This document shows positions 24,835 through 37,869 of a stretch of DNA of 64,000 bases, piece by piece; position 1 is the stretch's first letter; each line of letters begins with the position of its first letter. The position numbers were made by a program, and so were the translations under genes. Under the pieces are notes generated by a model. That model did not search any database. It saw only the letters and a list, made by a program, of their open reading frames with translations, and was not told the origin of the DNA. This stretch comes from Octopus bimaculoides. Taxonomy: Eukaryota. Where the stretch lies: positions 25,465,272-25,529,271 of the forward strand of contig NC_068993.1 of assembly GCF_001194135.2 (NCBI RefSeq). Direction: 5' to 3'.

Positions 24835-27800
24835 AGTAGGCATCCGTTGGTCTCAAGAGACCATGGATTTGCACCCGAAGAAATTGTGTCACCTGCTGAT
24901 GATGGTGCAGCATCTGCTGTGGCTGTAGAGGCCCACATGGGAGTGGCAGCTATGCATACACTGAATGCATTTGAAGGAACTCTCTACAGGCATCACTGGT
25001 TTTCCTTTCCTCAGGTGTGCTGTTATTTGATGGCAAGTTCCTGATTCTCTTCCATCCACTTCATCCCCCTTTTGCAGCATTTGTCTCCAGCATGGCTGAT
25101 CATTTGTGACCCCCTCTCTTCTCAGGACGTCCAAATCAAATGACTTCACATCTCTCCTGAAATGAAGATGAGGTCGTCCTCATGCTCTTGTGTTGGTGAC
25201 CAATTTCCCATACAGAAGGTCTTTTGGGATCCCCCCATCCAGTATGCGATGTACATGACCAAACCAGTGCAGACAGCACTGCTGGGGCAGGGTAAGCATA
25301 CTGGGCATCTTGGTGTGGTTGAGGACATCAGCATTGATGACTCACTCAGACCACTTGGTATCCAAGATACAGCTCAAATTACGAAGGTGGAAAGTGTTGA
25401 GGCATTGCTCTGATCTGGAGTAGAGGCTGCATGTCTCACTGTCATAGAGTAGTGTACTGGGGATGCATGCCTTATAGACAGCAGTCTTGGTGTTTGCAGC
25501 CAGTTTTCAGAGATGGTAGAGCCGAGGTAGGTGAATTCACAACTACCTCCAGCTTGTAGTTGTTGATGGCAATGGTGGTGGTGGTGGTGGTGGGGGATGC
25601 TCGACATCTTGGCCCCAGTATGTTGGTCTTCTTTAAACTGATAACCAGGCTTAATTCTTGACAGGCCTTCGAGAGTTTGTCCACAAGGTGCTGCATTTGC
25701 TCCTCAGAGTGCACTGTCAATGCTGTATTATCCACGTACAACATTTCTCAGACGAGTACCTGACACACTCCGGATTTTCCTTTCAGCCTCGACAAACTAA
25801 ACAATTTTCTGTCTGATCTGGTGTGAAGACAGACACTATCAGTTGATGTCCCAAATGACTGCAAAGAAGATGCTAAACAATGTGGAGGAAAGCACACAGC
25901 ACTGATTCACACTGCTACACATGTTGAGTGCCTCCAAGGAAGGGACATCAAATGAGTGATGCTTTTCATATCCACATAAAATGATTGGAGAATCCTGAGG
26001 AATCTTGGAGGACTGCCAATTTTGGCAAGGATTTTGAACAGGCTATCTCTACTGACTAGGTCAGAAGCCTTTGTGAGATCAATGAAGGTGATGAAGAGTG
26101 GTTGTCTTTGCACTTGGTACTATGTAGCTGTCAAAGACAGAAGATCATGTTGATGGTGGAGTGTTCTGATCTGAAACCACACTGAGATTTGGGTTATAGC
26201 CTCTCAGTGATTTTCTGTAGTCTGTTTAGGACTAAGAGAACAAAGACCTTTCTGACGATACTTAACAGCGAGATGCCTCGGTAATTATTGCAGTTGCTTT
26301 TGTCCCCTTTGTTCTTATATAGAGTGACAATGTTACAGTCTCTCATGTCTTGCAAGATTGTTCCCTCCTCCCAGCACTGACACAGTAGCTTTAGCAAGTA
26401 GAGCTCTCCTTGTACACCTGATGATCTCTAGTAGGATGCCATCAGAACACAGTACTTTTCCAGTGGGTAAGCCATCATTGGCTCAGCTCAGTTCTTCAGC
26501 AGTTGGCAGTGTGCCCAGCCCCTCCATTGCATGTAGTGGATCTTTTTTAAAACGGGGGCCACATTTTTCATTAATGTTTTACGTAGTGTTTTTGGTACCG
26601 AAAGACTTTCAAACTTCGTATACTTATCTATTTTGTGTTATAGAACAGAAAAATATTTTTGTATTCGAATTTATTTCATGTAAAAAATTGTCCTATTTCG
26701 ATAATTTCAACCAATCACTGACGTCCATTCAGCCGATATACATTAAGTGCCGACTACATAAACAAACAATTCTTCGTTTTATTTGCTTTTTTCATTTTAA
26801 ATTTGCTTTAACTCTAACCCTAACTCTAACCCTAACCCTAACCCTAGGGTTAGGGTTAGGGTTAGAGTTAGGGTTAGGGTTAGGGTTAATTGTTTCAGAA
26901 TCGTTTGTTTATGTAGTCGGCACTTAATGTATATCGGCTGAATGGACGTCAGTGATTGGTTGAAATTACAGAAATACGACAACTTTAACATGGAATAATT
27001 TATGGATTTTTTTTTTTTTTTTAAGAAGACTAAGAGAAAAAGATGTTTTATATGACACATTCTACCAGTGTTCCAAGTTTCAAAGTGTTTCGTTAATGAA
27101 AAATGTGGCCCCCGTTTTAAAAAAGATCCCATGTAGTTGTTCTACAGTGCATTATTTTGCCCTTGATGACTTCCCCTGTTCTAGATTTGAGTGGAGCTAT
27201 CTTGTTCTGGGTTGGGCTGATGGCTTTCTTGATACCCTCATACATTCTGTGAAGATTGCCCACATCAAACGATAGTTGGATGTCTTCATATAGTTGTAAC
27301 CAGTAGTCATTGTTACAGCATCTCACTGTCTTCTTTGCTGATCTCAATGCTTGCAGCATTGTCCTGGTGGGTTGGTACTTGTGCTTCAGCAGGGCAGCAC
27401 ACTTCTCAATGAGTGTATTGAGCTCTTTCACACTCACCTCAAACCAATTTTGTGTCATTTCTTTCTCCTCCCAAAAGCCTTCAATGCAGTGCTATGGATG
27501 ATGTCCCTGAGAGAGTCCCATCCCATTTCTGCTGAACATTGTCTTCTGGTGGGTCTGCAAGATGGATGTCTTCCAGTGACTTGAGGAATGCATCTGTCTT
27601 AGCTGGTTGCTGTGTTGAAGTAGCACTGATATGCTACTTGCCTGGGGGTTTGGTGCAGTGCATCATTTTTTATTGGAGTTTGAGATTGCAACAAACCAGG
27701 GAGTGGTCTGTATCACAGTCAGTACTCTAAAAAGACTGAGACAGGTGCACATTCCTCAAGTAGTTGTGTCTTGTGATGATCAGATCTAGCTGGTGCCAGT

Positions 27801-27965
27801 GTCCTGAGTGAGAGTGACACCAGGAGACCCTGTGTTGAGCTTTGCCCTTGAAGTAGGTGTTGGTGACACATAGTCCATGGAGCATACAGTGCTTAATCAG
27901 CTATTTCCCATTTTCATTCATGTTGCCAACCCTGTACTGACCCAGACACCAACTTCAGGAGAGAG
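24835..27965 (-). mobile_element. 5'-truncated RTE-clade LINE (APE C-terminus, RT, C-terminal Cys/His motif, 3' end), decayed and interrupted by a TIR element
   Basis: APE VGNMNENG..CVTNTYF..WHQLDLII (about 27780-27945); ORFs 27117..27458, 26194..26397 (NYRGISLLS), 25907..26113 (FIDLTKA), 25472..25744 (LYVDN), 24889..25149 (CHSHVGLYSH). Confidence 0.93.
26538..27129. mobile_element. 592-bp foldback TIR element with perfect 37-bp TIRs, 8-bp TSD (CATGTAGT), 72-bp inner inverted repeat and a central telomeric palindrome; Merlin-like by its ends
   Basis: TSD at 26530-26537 and 27130-27137; TIR GGATCTTTTTTAAAACGGGGGCCACATTTTTCATTAA; inner IR 26702-26773 / 26897-26968 with 1 mismatch; (TAACCC)n|(GGGTTA)n centred at 26845/26846. 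Confidence 0.95.
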
Positions 27966-28084
27966 TTCCATTTGTGCAAAAAATATAGCATGCACTAATA
28001 CATAAACACCTACAAGTACACATATATACAAATTGAATAAATTTGATTATAGAGTGGCCCTGTATCATGCTGAAGTGGTGAGTT

Positions 28085-28400
28085 CTTTGCAAAGTGAATG
28101 ATTAGTTTGAGTTGATCCCTAACTAGAATGTCTGGTATGAGTTGATTCCTAGTGACACTCTGGTATAAATTGATCCTTAACTAGAATGTATGAGTTCATT
28201 TCTAATTAGAATGATTTTGAGTTCAAAGGTCTGAAACAAGTAGATTTCTAGTAAAAACTTGTGATACGAGTCGATTCCTTGTAAAAATATCTGATATAAG
28301 TTGGACCTAGTATGAATTGAATCTTAGACATTCTGATATGGGTTGATTTTTTTTTTTTTTGTTAGAACTTCTGGTATAGGTTGATTTCTAGTTAGAAACC
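28085..28400. repeat. Degenerate minisatellite of about 29 bp (TCTGGTATGAGTTGATTCCTAG-like)
   Basis: The motif GGTAT.AGTTGAT.CCTA recurs through the interval. Confidence 0.55.
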
Positions 28401-28636
28401 TGAAGAACTAAAACAACTCACACACAAAATTGGTCTACATCTGTTGAGAATATGACATAAAACAGCTTATACATATTTAGCCTCTCATTAATGTTAACCC
28501 AGTTCAAGTCATAGGGTGGGTGCAGGCTGGGCATTGTTAGTAGTTGCAGGGAGAAGAAGCCCATCCTGAAGAGTAGAACGATTATTATAACATTCTCTTG
28601 CTTTCCTGAGACATATAAGGAAGAAACACATCCGTG

Positions 28637-28709
<73 letters not shown>

Positions 28710-28750
28710 ACACACACACATACACTTAAAAAAATTACACCCACGCTTAC

Positions 28751-28951
28751 CTTGGCAGGTAGACTTGAATTTTGACCAAGTACCATTTTCTAAACACTCC
28801 AAGAATGAAGGACCTTTTACTTCATAGCCTTTTGGACAAGCAAGTTGGCATTTAGTTCCAGCAATTAGCTTAGCTCTGGTGAGACACTTAACACTCTTCA
28901 CTGTTACATTATTATTATTATCAGGGGCAGTAAGTGTGTTACACAGTGAGG
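28751..28951 (-). CDS. Exon, six-Cys CCP/sushi domain 3: ASLCNTLTAPDNNNNVTVKSVKCLTRAKLIAGTKCQLACPKGYEVKGPSFLECLENGTWSKFKSTCQ
   Basis: 201 nt, ttttcag acceptor, gtaagc donor; lies within ORF 28704..28979. Confidence 0.92.
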
Positions 28952-30218
28952 CTGAAAATTGTTTTAAAACAATGGGCAAATGATGAAAAACTTAGTTTAA
29001 TGACAGAATTCATTTGACAGTTTTATTGTAATCAATTAGTATTAAAATTTTAAAAATTGTAGTAGTAAGCTTATAATTGAAGACAATGTTTTCAGTTCTC
29101 TTACCTCTGTAACCTTTCTTTACTTTTTCCTCATTATCACTGACACAACCAGTGTGTTAATACTCTTCCTCATCATCACCTCCTCATCTTTATTTTTATA
29201 AGGCAGACCAGTGCATCTATTCATTTGTATAGCTAAATTAGCTCTCTCCAGACTGTAGCTGTTCCAGAGCAACAAGAATGATGAATATAGAAATTATATT
29301 TTGACTGATACATAATGCTATCAATTGAAAATTTCACTTCTTGGGTCACCGTTATGTTCTGACTTTTCTCTGCATTTTTCTTCTGATTCCGCAACTGATT
29401 TTTAATAAACTATACAAGCCACAACTGATTCTAAATATGGCCAGTGTATATTTAGATATTGTGAAAATAATATATAATTTTTCATATAAAAATATTAGAT
29501 AGATTCTGTGCTTCTGAAAATTGTGGGCTTTAATTCCTCACCTTGAATCACTGTCATTTATCTCATGACCTTTTCACAACATATGAAAGGAAGTGGTTTC
29601 TTCCTCCATGGACAAAATGATTTACAAAAACTGACAACCAAATATCTTAATTAGACTCTGTATTTGGTGCCACTCAAGTGTTACCAGTCCACTAATACTA
29701 TCAGCCTATCTGCCACATCCTTTTCTGTTTCCACAAAGAGTAGATCCCAATATAAGAGGTGTTGTGCTTTCAATACTGGCTAATTTAATGTTGCCATTGG
29801 TCCCTATTTGTGGCATGGTCAGCTGCCCACCACAACAAAATTGAGATCCTAAAACTAAGGTGCTACATACAAAGCGCATTGGTATGGGTGCTGGTGCCAC
29901 TTAAAAGTACCCAGTACACTCTGTGGAGTGACTGGTATTAGGAAAGGTATCAAACCATAGAGACCAAGCCAAAACAGACGATGGAACTTGGTGTGACCCT
30001 AGGCCTCGCCAGTTCTTGTTAAGCTGTCCAACCCATGCCAGCATGGAAAATGGATGTTGAATGTTGATGATGGTTGCCTCTAACTACTTCTCATTAACTG
30101 TGTTTGGAAAGCACCACCAACATGAGGAAGAGAAAAAGAAATAAGAAAGAAAGAACCAAGAGGAGAAAAAGTAGTGAAGAAGGGTAAATCATATTTTAGA
30201 ATATTTTAATTTACCTAC

Positions 30219-30341
30219 CTGAGCAAGTGTGGCCATTTGGATTGAGATTGTAACCTGGGTCACATTTACAGAAGTAACCTCCCATTGTATTGACACACTG
30301 GTGCTCACATTTACCATTATTCTTCTCACATTCATCAATAT
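30219..30341 (-). CDS. Exon, calcium-binding EGF domain 3: (D)IDECEKNNGKCEHQCVNTMGGYFCKCDPGYNLNPNGHTCS
   Basis: 123 nt, tttcggtag acceptor, gtaggt donor; lies within ORF 30211..30408. Confidence 0.94.
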
Positions 30342-31467
30342 CTACCGAAATATAGAAAATCACATTGTAAAGTGTTATCACAGGTAGGTAATGGAGACAG
30401 AAAGACAAGCAAGTTGTGCATGTGCAGACTCACACATATACAACAATACTGAACAGCCTAATATAATTTTCTATTGCCTTAAAATAAGTAGAGTTACACC
30501 TGTTGTATAAAAAGGTAACACAAAATAAGAACATGAGAAAACCACAAAGGGACATGCTCCACAAAAAAACAGACAGTAAGGCTGATGCAAACAGTCATGT
30601 AGTGAATAACAACAACAACAGCAACCAGCAACTGTTACTGCCATGGCCACCACCTCAGGTGCTGCTGTCCACCAATATCGTCATCATCATCTACTTCCTC
30701 TTTGTCTTCATCACCATCATCATTGCTGTTTCCATCTCCTGTACTGCCACTGCTGCTATCTTCTCCATCCCCACCACTACCACCTTTGTTGTCATCGTCA
30801 CTCTTATCATCTTTGTCATCATAATTTGTCATTACTGATAAACATTATTTCTTGCTGAGGAGTTCTCATAAAACTGAAACATGTCTATCCAAATTAGGCT
30901 CACACCTCAGTACTGACTTCACACAAAATACCATAGAATGTATGTTAGTCCAAGTGACATAGCTATGTTATCATTATTTTAACACTAACTTAAAATGGTC
31001 TGTTATATGTCATATTGCATCTTGTCTCTAGTATTAATAATTTCTTCTGAGAAGCCTAGTATCCTTAGATCCAACCTCATTACTTACTTGTTATATGAGT
31101 CTTCATCATCAACAGCATATCAGACATTCTATTTGTATGTATCACATGTCTATGTTGCACAGGCATCTCCGTTGCACACATTGACTCATGACTTCAATGC
31201 TTTTCATGCTTATTAGCATTACACATTTAACATATGATGCTTGTCAAATTTTTCTTCATCCACTGCAAATCTTCTACATCTAATGTCTATGTTCCTTGAC
31301 CATTCAGCTTCGTACAGTCTACCTTCCACAAACAAAAAGTTTCTTTCCAGTGAACAATCCATAGACTTCATGAAATGAATCCCAATATTGCTAAATATTT
31401 GTATTTCTTTATCTCATTTGATGTATTGGCTCCCTGCTAAACTGCCAGAGAGTCTACTGTATCTTTC

Positions 31468-32133
31468 ATAGGCCCATGACTTACAATGAGTAAACAGTAT
31501 CAAGTTCCTACTCCATTCTTACATATTAAGTAAAGGTACTCCCAAGTGACAACTAAATTTTGTGTTCTTTATTTCTTACAACTATTTTGGTATCTGTCAG
31601 GTTGACCTTATGCCTGTGCACTAGGGACCATGCTACCCTATTTGGAACTTGATAGATTCTGCTATGAGTATATATCCTAAAGTGTAGTGGTTATGAAACA
31701 GCTGTTAAGCTGAGTAACTTACCAAATCAAGGAAGTCATAAAAGATTTTATTTAATCCTCTAGCATTTAGATTACTCTGTCAAATGTAATACCTATTTGT
31801 TGACATTGTTTTGAATTAACCATGCATAATCAATGATGTGAGTGTTCATTTCTTTTAGAATGACATTGTAGGATAGATGTGAGTAGCCAGATCTGGCCAG
31901 TTTGGGCAAAAAAAAAAAACATATAAAATATTTTGGCTGGATATGACTAGTTTAAATGCTAAAGGGTTAACTTGCCATCACAGTGCATATTGTCGACAAA
32001 AAACATATGGAGCCTCATGTATAATTATTCATCAAAAAGGACTTACACCCATATACACATATATGCAAAAATATAACATGCACCAACACATAAACACTTA
32101 CACACTCATATATTCATACAAATTGAGTAAATT
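31468..32133 (+). repeat. Copy 2 (uninterrupted) of the local duplication
   Basis: Matches 24249-24834 and then 27969-28043 contiguously. Confidence 0.9.
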
Positions 32134-32257
32134 ATATAATCAAGTTTATGCTGGTTTAACAGTAAATCTTGGAAATTTTCTGATTTATGTGACTTAAGCT
32201 GTTTAGAATGAATATATCACTTTCTAATGTTTATGTCATAACCTTCAATCTACTTAC

Positions 32258-32449
32258 CTTCACAGGTGACATTATTTCTAGACCAGGAACCATTTTTAAG
32301 GCATCTTAGGGTTGAGGAGCCATCCAAATGAAAACCTTTGTGACATTTAATTGGACATTTGGTTCCAGTCTGTAATGTCTGGTTCTTTAAACAGGCTTCA
32401 TGTTTTACATCAGCGTTTACAGGAGCATGGAAAGTTTCACAATATTCAG
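32258..32449 (-). CDS. Exon, six-Cys CCP/sushi domain 2: AEYCETFHAPVNADVKHEACLKNQTLQTGTKCPIKCHKGFHLDGSSTLRCLKNGSWSRNNVTCE
   Basis: 192 nt, tttcaaaag acceptor, gtaagt donor; lies within ORF 32250..32471. Confidence 0.93.
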
Positions 32450-32511
32450 CTTTTGAAACAAAACAGAACAAATATTTTGCAATTTTTAATTTATTACAAT
32501 CTCAGAATTGA

Positions 32512-32760
32512 TTGTATGAAGTCTGGGAAAGCTACAAAATCATCAGGGATAGCTGCCAAGATATTAAAAGCATCAGGCTATATAGGTTCTATACTATTTA
32601 CTCAGTTAATTATATAGTGAAAAAAGGTGTTATCTCCAGTGACTAGCATAGCAATATCATTGCTAATTACTGAGGCAATTACGAAGGTCTCAAGAAGACA
32701 GACAGCATAGTGAAAGTAGTTGAAAGAATTATTGTAGTTAGTATAAAACAGAGTAACTAA
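32512..32760 (+). mobile_element. RTE-like LINE RT fragment
   Basis: MKSGKATKSSGIAAKILKASG matches the MK.GKA.G.SGI.AE.LK pattern upstream of RT. Confidence 0.6.
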
Positions 32761-33751
32761 GAGAAATTACCCAGACATAACTTTTGCATGAACACTAAAT
32801 AGCTGTGTTGGTGCTAACACACCCAAGATATTGAACTGTTAAGCTTGTAAGCAACAATTTAATGAGTTAATCTTCATGTAGGTATCCCTAGATGATTTCC
32901 CTCAGTCACTCTTACGTTACCATATTTATCATCATTTATTCACCCAAATCCTTTATATTTAAGGTCTGGCAAGAACAGGAAAAGACTATTTTTTTGTTGA
33001 GGAGGTCTAATAAAACAAGCATGTCAAGAGTTAGCACCATGCTACCAAAGATCAAACTCACTCCTCAATGTATGTCTCAATTCAGTTATTAATTAATTTG
33101 AATTTTAGAGCTTTCTCTTTTGTGTTCATTGACAAGAATTATCATTAGCATTAATGATTTTCCATTTTATAATTGCTGTCATTTTAACTGATTAAAAAGA
33201 GTTAGTTCACTATATTAGCCCCATTTAACTGTGTATATGAAACTGAAGTTAGTAATGCTAATTAGCACACATACACACACACACACAAACACAGACATGC
33301 ACTCAATAATATTTCACTGTTTCACACCTATGTGTTACATGTTGGGATGAATTAAATTGCTTTTCTTTTTTAATTTCACCATTCACATTATGTTGGAGGA
33401 AGGAATTTAATAGGGAAATGCATATGTTATTGTAAAGTATTGGTGTGGCTAGCTAAAAGGCATAAAACAATAGCTGTAACATACATGTCTTGCTAAAAAG
33501 CATAAAACAATAGCTGTAACATGATTTGGACTTGTTTTCAGTTGGTCAAAAGCCCAGCTTATTAGCTATGCAATCATTAAATACATATGCATATATATTT
33601 TGTATTCTCTCACATCATAAACATGTTTTTCAATTTCACTTCTTAATCTCAAAGTATTCTACATTTATTCATACTAAAAAGTATTTATGCCTGACAATAC
33701 ACAGCACATAAATTAGTATTATAAATTCTAAGTTTGTGAAGGCATGTGGCC

Positions 33752-34025
33752 AAGTGGTTAGAGTATTTGGGTTACTATTTCTAGTTCATGAATTTGATAC
33801 CTGGTGGCATGTTGTGTCCTTGAGCAAGACATTATTTCACTTTGCTCCACTTGACTCAACTGGCAAAAATGAGTTGTACCTGTATTTCAAAGAGCAAACC
33901 ATATCACATTCTGTATATGCATGTCTGTGGAGTGCTCCATCATTTGCTTGTTAATGTCACGAGCAGGCTGTTCCATTTATCAGATCAACTGGAACGCTTG
34001 TTGTAACTAATGGAGTGCCAGTGTA
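33752..34025 (+). mobile_element. tRNA-derived SINE, family D (relatives at 48621-48900 and 61780-62085)
   Basis: Box A/box B-like head GGC.CATGGC..AGTGGTT..GTTC.A followed by non-tRNA body. Confidence 0.6.
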
Positions 34026-34135
34026 AATTTGTGCAACTGTGTGAAGCTTTAAAAATAGGGTTTTTCTCCACCAAGTAGCAAAAATTCTTCATTGGTTAAA
34101 AATCCACTATAGGATGAATACACATATTAACTTAC

Positions 34136-34255
34136 CTTTACAAGAATGTCCTTTTGAATCAAGAGTGTAACCTTTGTTACATTTACAGAAATAGCTGCCC
34201 GGAGTATTGATACACTGGTGGTCACATTTATTATTCTTTTCACATTCATTGACAT
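34136..34255 (-). CDS. Exon, calcium-binding EGF domain 2: (D)[39 protein letters not shown]
   Basis: 120 nt, tctag acceptor, gtaagt donor; cbEGF consensus. Not in the ORF track. Confidence 0.93.
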
Positions 34256-35256
34256 CTAGAATTTAACAAAAATTCATGTTATAAATACTATCACATAAAG
34301 GATAACGAGAAACATCTATCCTACTCACATACAGCCAGACAAGTATGATTGAACCACGTGATGTGTAATGTTAGTATGGATGAATAACAAGAGTGCAGAT
34401 GAGTTGAGTGAAAAACTAGATATAAGAGGAATAAGATGCTGTGTGCAAGAGAGAAGACTGTGCTGATAGAGACATGTGATACATATAGAGGATGATATCT
34501 GTATGAAAAATCCTGTGTGATTAAACTGAATAGAGTCCATTGAAAGCTTAGGACAAAGAGATGAAAATTGCAAGATGTTGCACCTGACAAAGCAATGACA
34601 AAGGATGATGTTAGGTGGCAACAGAGAGGGCTAGAGAAGACCCAACTTCCTCTACAAGTACGGTGAATTGAACATTAAAAATTGTGGTAATGATGAAGGT
34701 GAGAAACCTGCATGTATGTGTGTGAGTGAGCATGTATACAAATGTGTAACAAGAAGAGCAAGTGATAGACAGACTGAAAGGTGAATGATAAATGTGTTAG
34801 AGGGATGTACAGTTATAAAGAAACTCAAAGATGTTGCTTTGACAGTATGTGCATATATCATCATCAGGGTCATCATTTAAGATCCATTTTTTATGCTGGC
34901 ATGGGTTGGAATGTTTAACAGGAGTTGGTAAGCTAGAGGACTGTGCCTAGTACTACTGATTTGGTTTCTGTGGCTGGATGCCCTTCCTAACACCAACCAT
35001 TTTACAGAGTGGATAGAGTGCTTTTTACATAGCACCAGCACCAGCAGGGTCACCAAGTAACTTGCAAGACAAAGAGCTCCTGACCAGGAGGGGGAGTTGT
35101 ATTAAGGGAAGTGGTTTTGCATCTGTTGATGAAAGGTTACAGTATAATAGAGGATAGAGGCAGGTGTCATGCTGTTGAAGAAATACATGGCTACCCCAGT
35201 TGGAAAACAAAAGAGAGAGAAATATAGAGAGGTCTGTGTGTGTGTGTGTGTGTGTG

Positions 35257-35297
<41 letters not shown>

Positions 35298-35747
35298 TAA
35301 TATGAGTGAAAACAGTGGTGAGAACTACTATCATCCTAAGTCAAAACAGAACAACTGATACCAGGAAGAAGTGAGTGAAATATTAATAATAGAGGCATAT
35401 AGGTGGCAGGGAGCAGATAAGAGAGATGAAGGTAGGAGTGACCGGGACATGAGTGACTGGCATGGGCAATAAATGGATGAGTAATAGAAATGTGTGATGC
35501 AAAAGACAAGAGCCAGAGGAGCAAATATATACGGGTGTTAAAGGGTTAAGAGGTTATCAATGAGTCAATGATATAAAGTAGGCAGCTGTACATGTAGACT
35601 TATGTGCACAAGTTACACCCATACGCAAGTCTAGTAATGCATGCCTATATATGTGTGTGTGTATATATTTATATATATGTGTGTATGTGTGTGTGTGTGT
35701 GTATGTATATATATATATATGTGTGTGTATGTGTGTGTGTGTGTATG

Positions 35748-35778
<31 letters not shown>

Positions 35779-36289
35779 ATGTATATATATATATATATAT
35801 ACATGTATATGTACATATATACATGTATATGTATATAAACATATAAATAACATAATTTTTATGCCTGTTTTACCATGCCTGGGCAGGTGAACATGTCTTC
35901 TTTAATACATCATACTGTCAGTTAATATTGTCCTTTGTCATATACCTTAATGAGGTGAAGCTGTTAAGCTTCTGCTCTCCATTCACGACTTCTTCCCAAT
36001 TTCTGCCCACTTAAATGTGGATGTTCTGTTAGAACAAACTATACTGCTGTAGTTACCATGAGAAAAACTGATATTGTAACTTATCTCCTCATCAATATTA
36101 TATAGTAAAACAGTGCCAGAACAAATACTGATATCTCGATTAGCTAATGAGCCTGTAAAAAAGAAGTCCTTTTAAGTCTCCCTCTTCCATATATTTCAAG
36201 TACACGGCACATATTTATACAACTATCCTCCTCCATATACGTTAATGGCCATACCAATGCAGTCTTCTCTTTTGCACACTACACCTAAT

Positions 36290-36620
36290 TCTTTATATCT
36301 TTTATTTGTTTCAGTCATTTGATTGTGGCCATGCTGGGGCACTGTCTTGAAAGGTTTTAGTTGAGGAAATTGACCACAGGACTTATTTTTTATAAGCCTA
36401 GTACTTATTCTATCAGTCTCTTTTGCCAAATCACTAAGTTATTGGGACATAAACACACCAACACCAGTTGTCAAGTGGTGGTGGGAGACAAACACAGACA
36501 CAAAGACCAATATATACATATATGACAGGCTTCTTTCAGTTTTCATCTACCAAATCCTCTCACAAGGATTTGGTCAGCCCAAGGCTATAGTAGAAGACAG
36601 TTGATCAAAGTGCACCATAG
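36290..36620 (-). mobile_element. tRNA-derived SINE, family A
   Basis: Reverse complement of the family A body and tail. Confidence 0.75.
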
Positions 36621-36624
36621 GGAT

Positions 36625-37620
36625 ACAGATTCTTTCTAGCCTTTGCTGATCTTGTGCATCTAAGACCCACATCTCCCCATCGTGTAGCATTATATTTTGC
36701 ACACATGTAACATACTATCTGCCTTTCACTCTGATGTAGACCTCCTTTGTTGCCATCAGAGTTAACAGCTTCTGAAATTTTCTCCTGTTAGTCCTTACTC
36801 TGATTTCTATGTTCTCAAAACATATACACCCATCACTAACTAGACTACATTGATAACAGAAGCTACTAACTACTTTTAGAGAACTATCTTGGCATTAACT
36901 TGAATCTATAATGCAAGTGCTCTCAGTTCTTACTTCCTCTATGCACTTGCTGTATGTAAAGTATTCCTTCTTTGTTGGCTTATCTGTGATCCCACTATCT
37001 CTCTTATATTTTCACAGCTTAAAGTGGATACACTTTCAGGAGTTCCTACCTTTTTTCTAGACACTATGAAGGTTATTTTCCTGATAGAAGCAGATTTCTG
37101 TCTTCTTTTCTACTTACCAATGCATTAGTTTTTGCTAGATTTACTTTGAAGTACCTTCATTCCAAGTTTTGTCTCCACATCTGGAATTTCTTTTCTAATT
37201 CTACAAAGATTCAGCTGTAAGAGTTAGATCATCAGCATAAAGAAATTCCCATGGGTAGTCAAGATTTAAACTTCTCTGGTATGGCTTGGAGAACCATATT
37301 AAATGGAAGGAGGTTGAGGACTGAGCCTTGGTGTATCCTCATCTTCACTCTGAATTTAGCACTATATTTATCACCGACCCTCATCTTATTGACTGTACCT
37401 TCAAATATGGCATGCACAGCTTACACAAGCCATTTAGGGAGAAGGGGAACCCTATCAAGGACCTTTAGGTCAACAAAAGTCTGGCTAACTTCAGTAATAC
37501 CTCTGTCTGGTACAAAACCAAACTGCAAATTTTCTATGATGAATATCTTTCTAATCAATTCTGCTATAACTCTGTCTGCAACCTTTATAATCTGGTCTAA
37601 TCTGCAACCTTCATAATCTG
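36625..37620 (-). mobile_element. Decayed RTE-type LINE RT fragment
   Basis: QFGFVPDRG..FVDL..DRVP (37421..37633); HQGSVLS near 37315-37335; WEFLYADDL near 37230-37255. Confidence 0.85.
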
Positions 37621-37792
37621 GTCTAATCTGCAACCTTCATCATCTGGTCTAACAGTGTAACATCTCTGTGGTTTCCCCTCTCTAATGCATCACCTTTCCC
37701 ACTGTAGCAGTTGATAATGATATGGTCACACTAATCATTGGTATGACAACACCTTCCTGTTCCACCTGTTTTACTACACTCCATGAATTCGT

Positions 37793-37832
<40 letters not shown>

Positions 37833-37869
37833 CTCCCCCATACACACACATGTGCCCCCGTACACACAC

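Noticed and set aside
26809-26888. Ancient telomere-telomere fusion site
   Set aside because: The orientation is (CCCTAA)n then (TTAGGG)n, the reverse of a fusion scar, and the tract lies inside a TIR element with a TSD.
26358-27132. ORFs 26358..26927 and 26797..27132 as genes
   Set aside because: They run through the palindromic element (LTLTLT/LGLGLG from the telomeric repeats) and antisense LINE sequence.
30503-30858. Overlapping acidic, His-rich and hydrophobic ORFs
   Set aside because: They are products of degenerate (CAT)/(CAA) trinucleotide repeats inside the EGF3-CCP2 intron.
35557-35890. Stack of YIYI/HTHT/VCVC ORFs (also at 10542-11107, 19668-19930, 28418-28827, 57637-58055 and 58908-59313)
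   Set aside because: Translations of (TA)n/(CA)n microsatellites.
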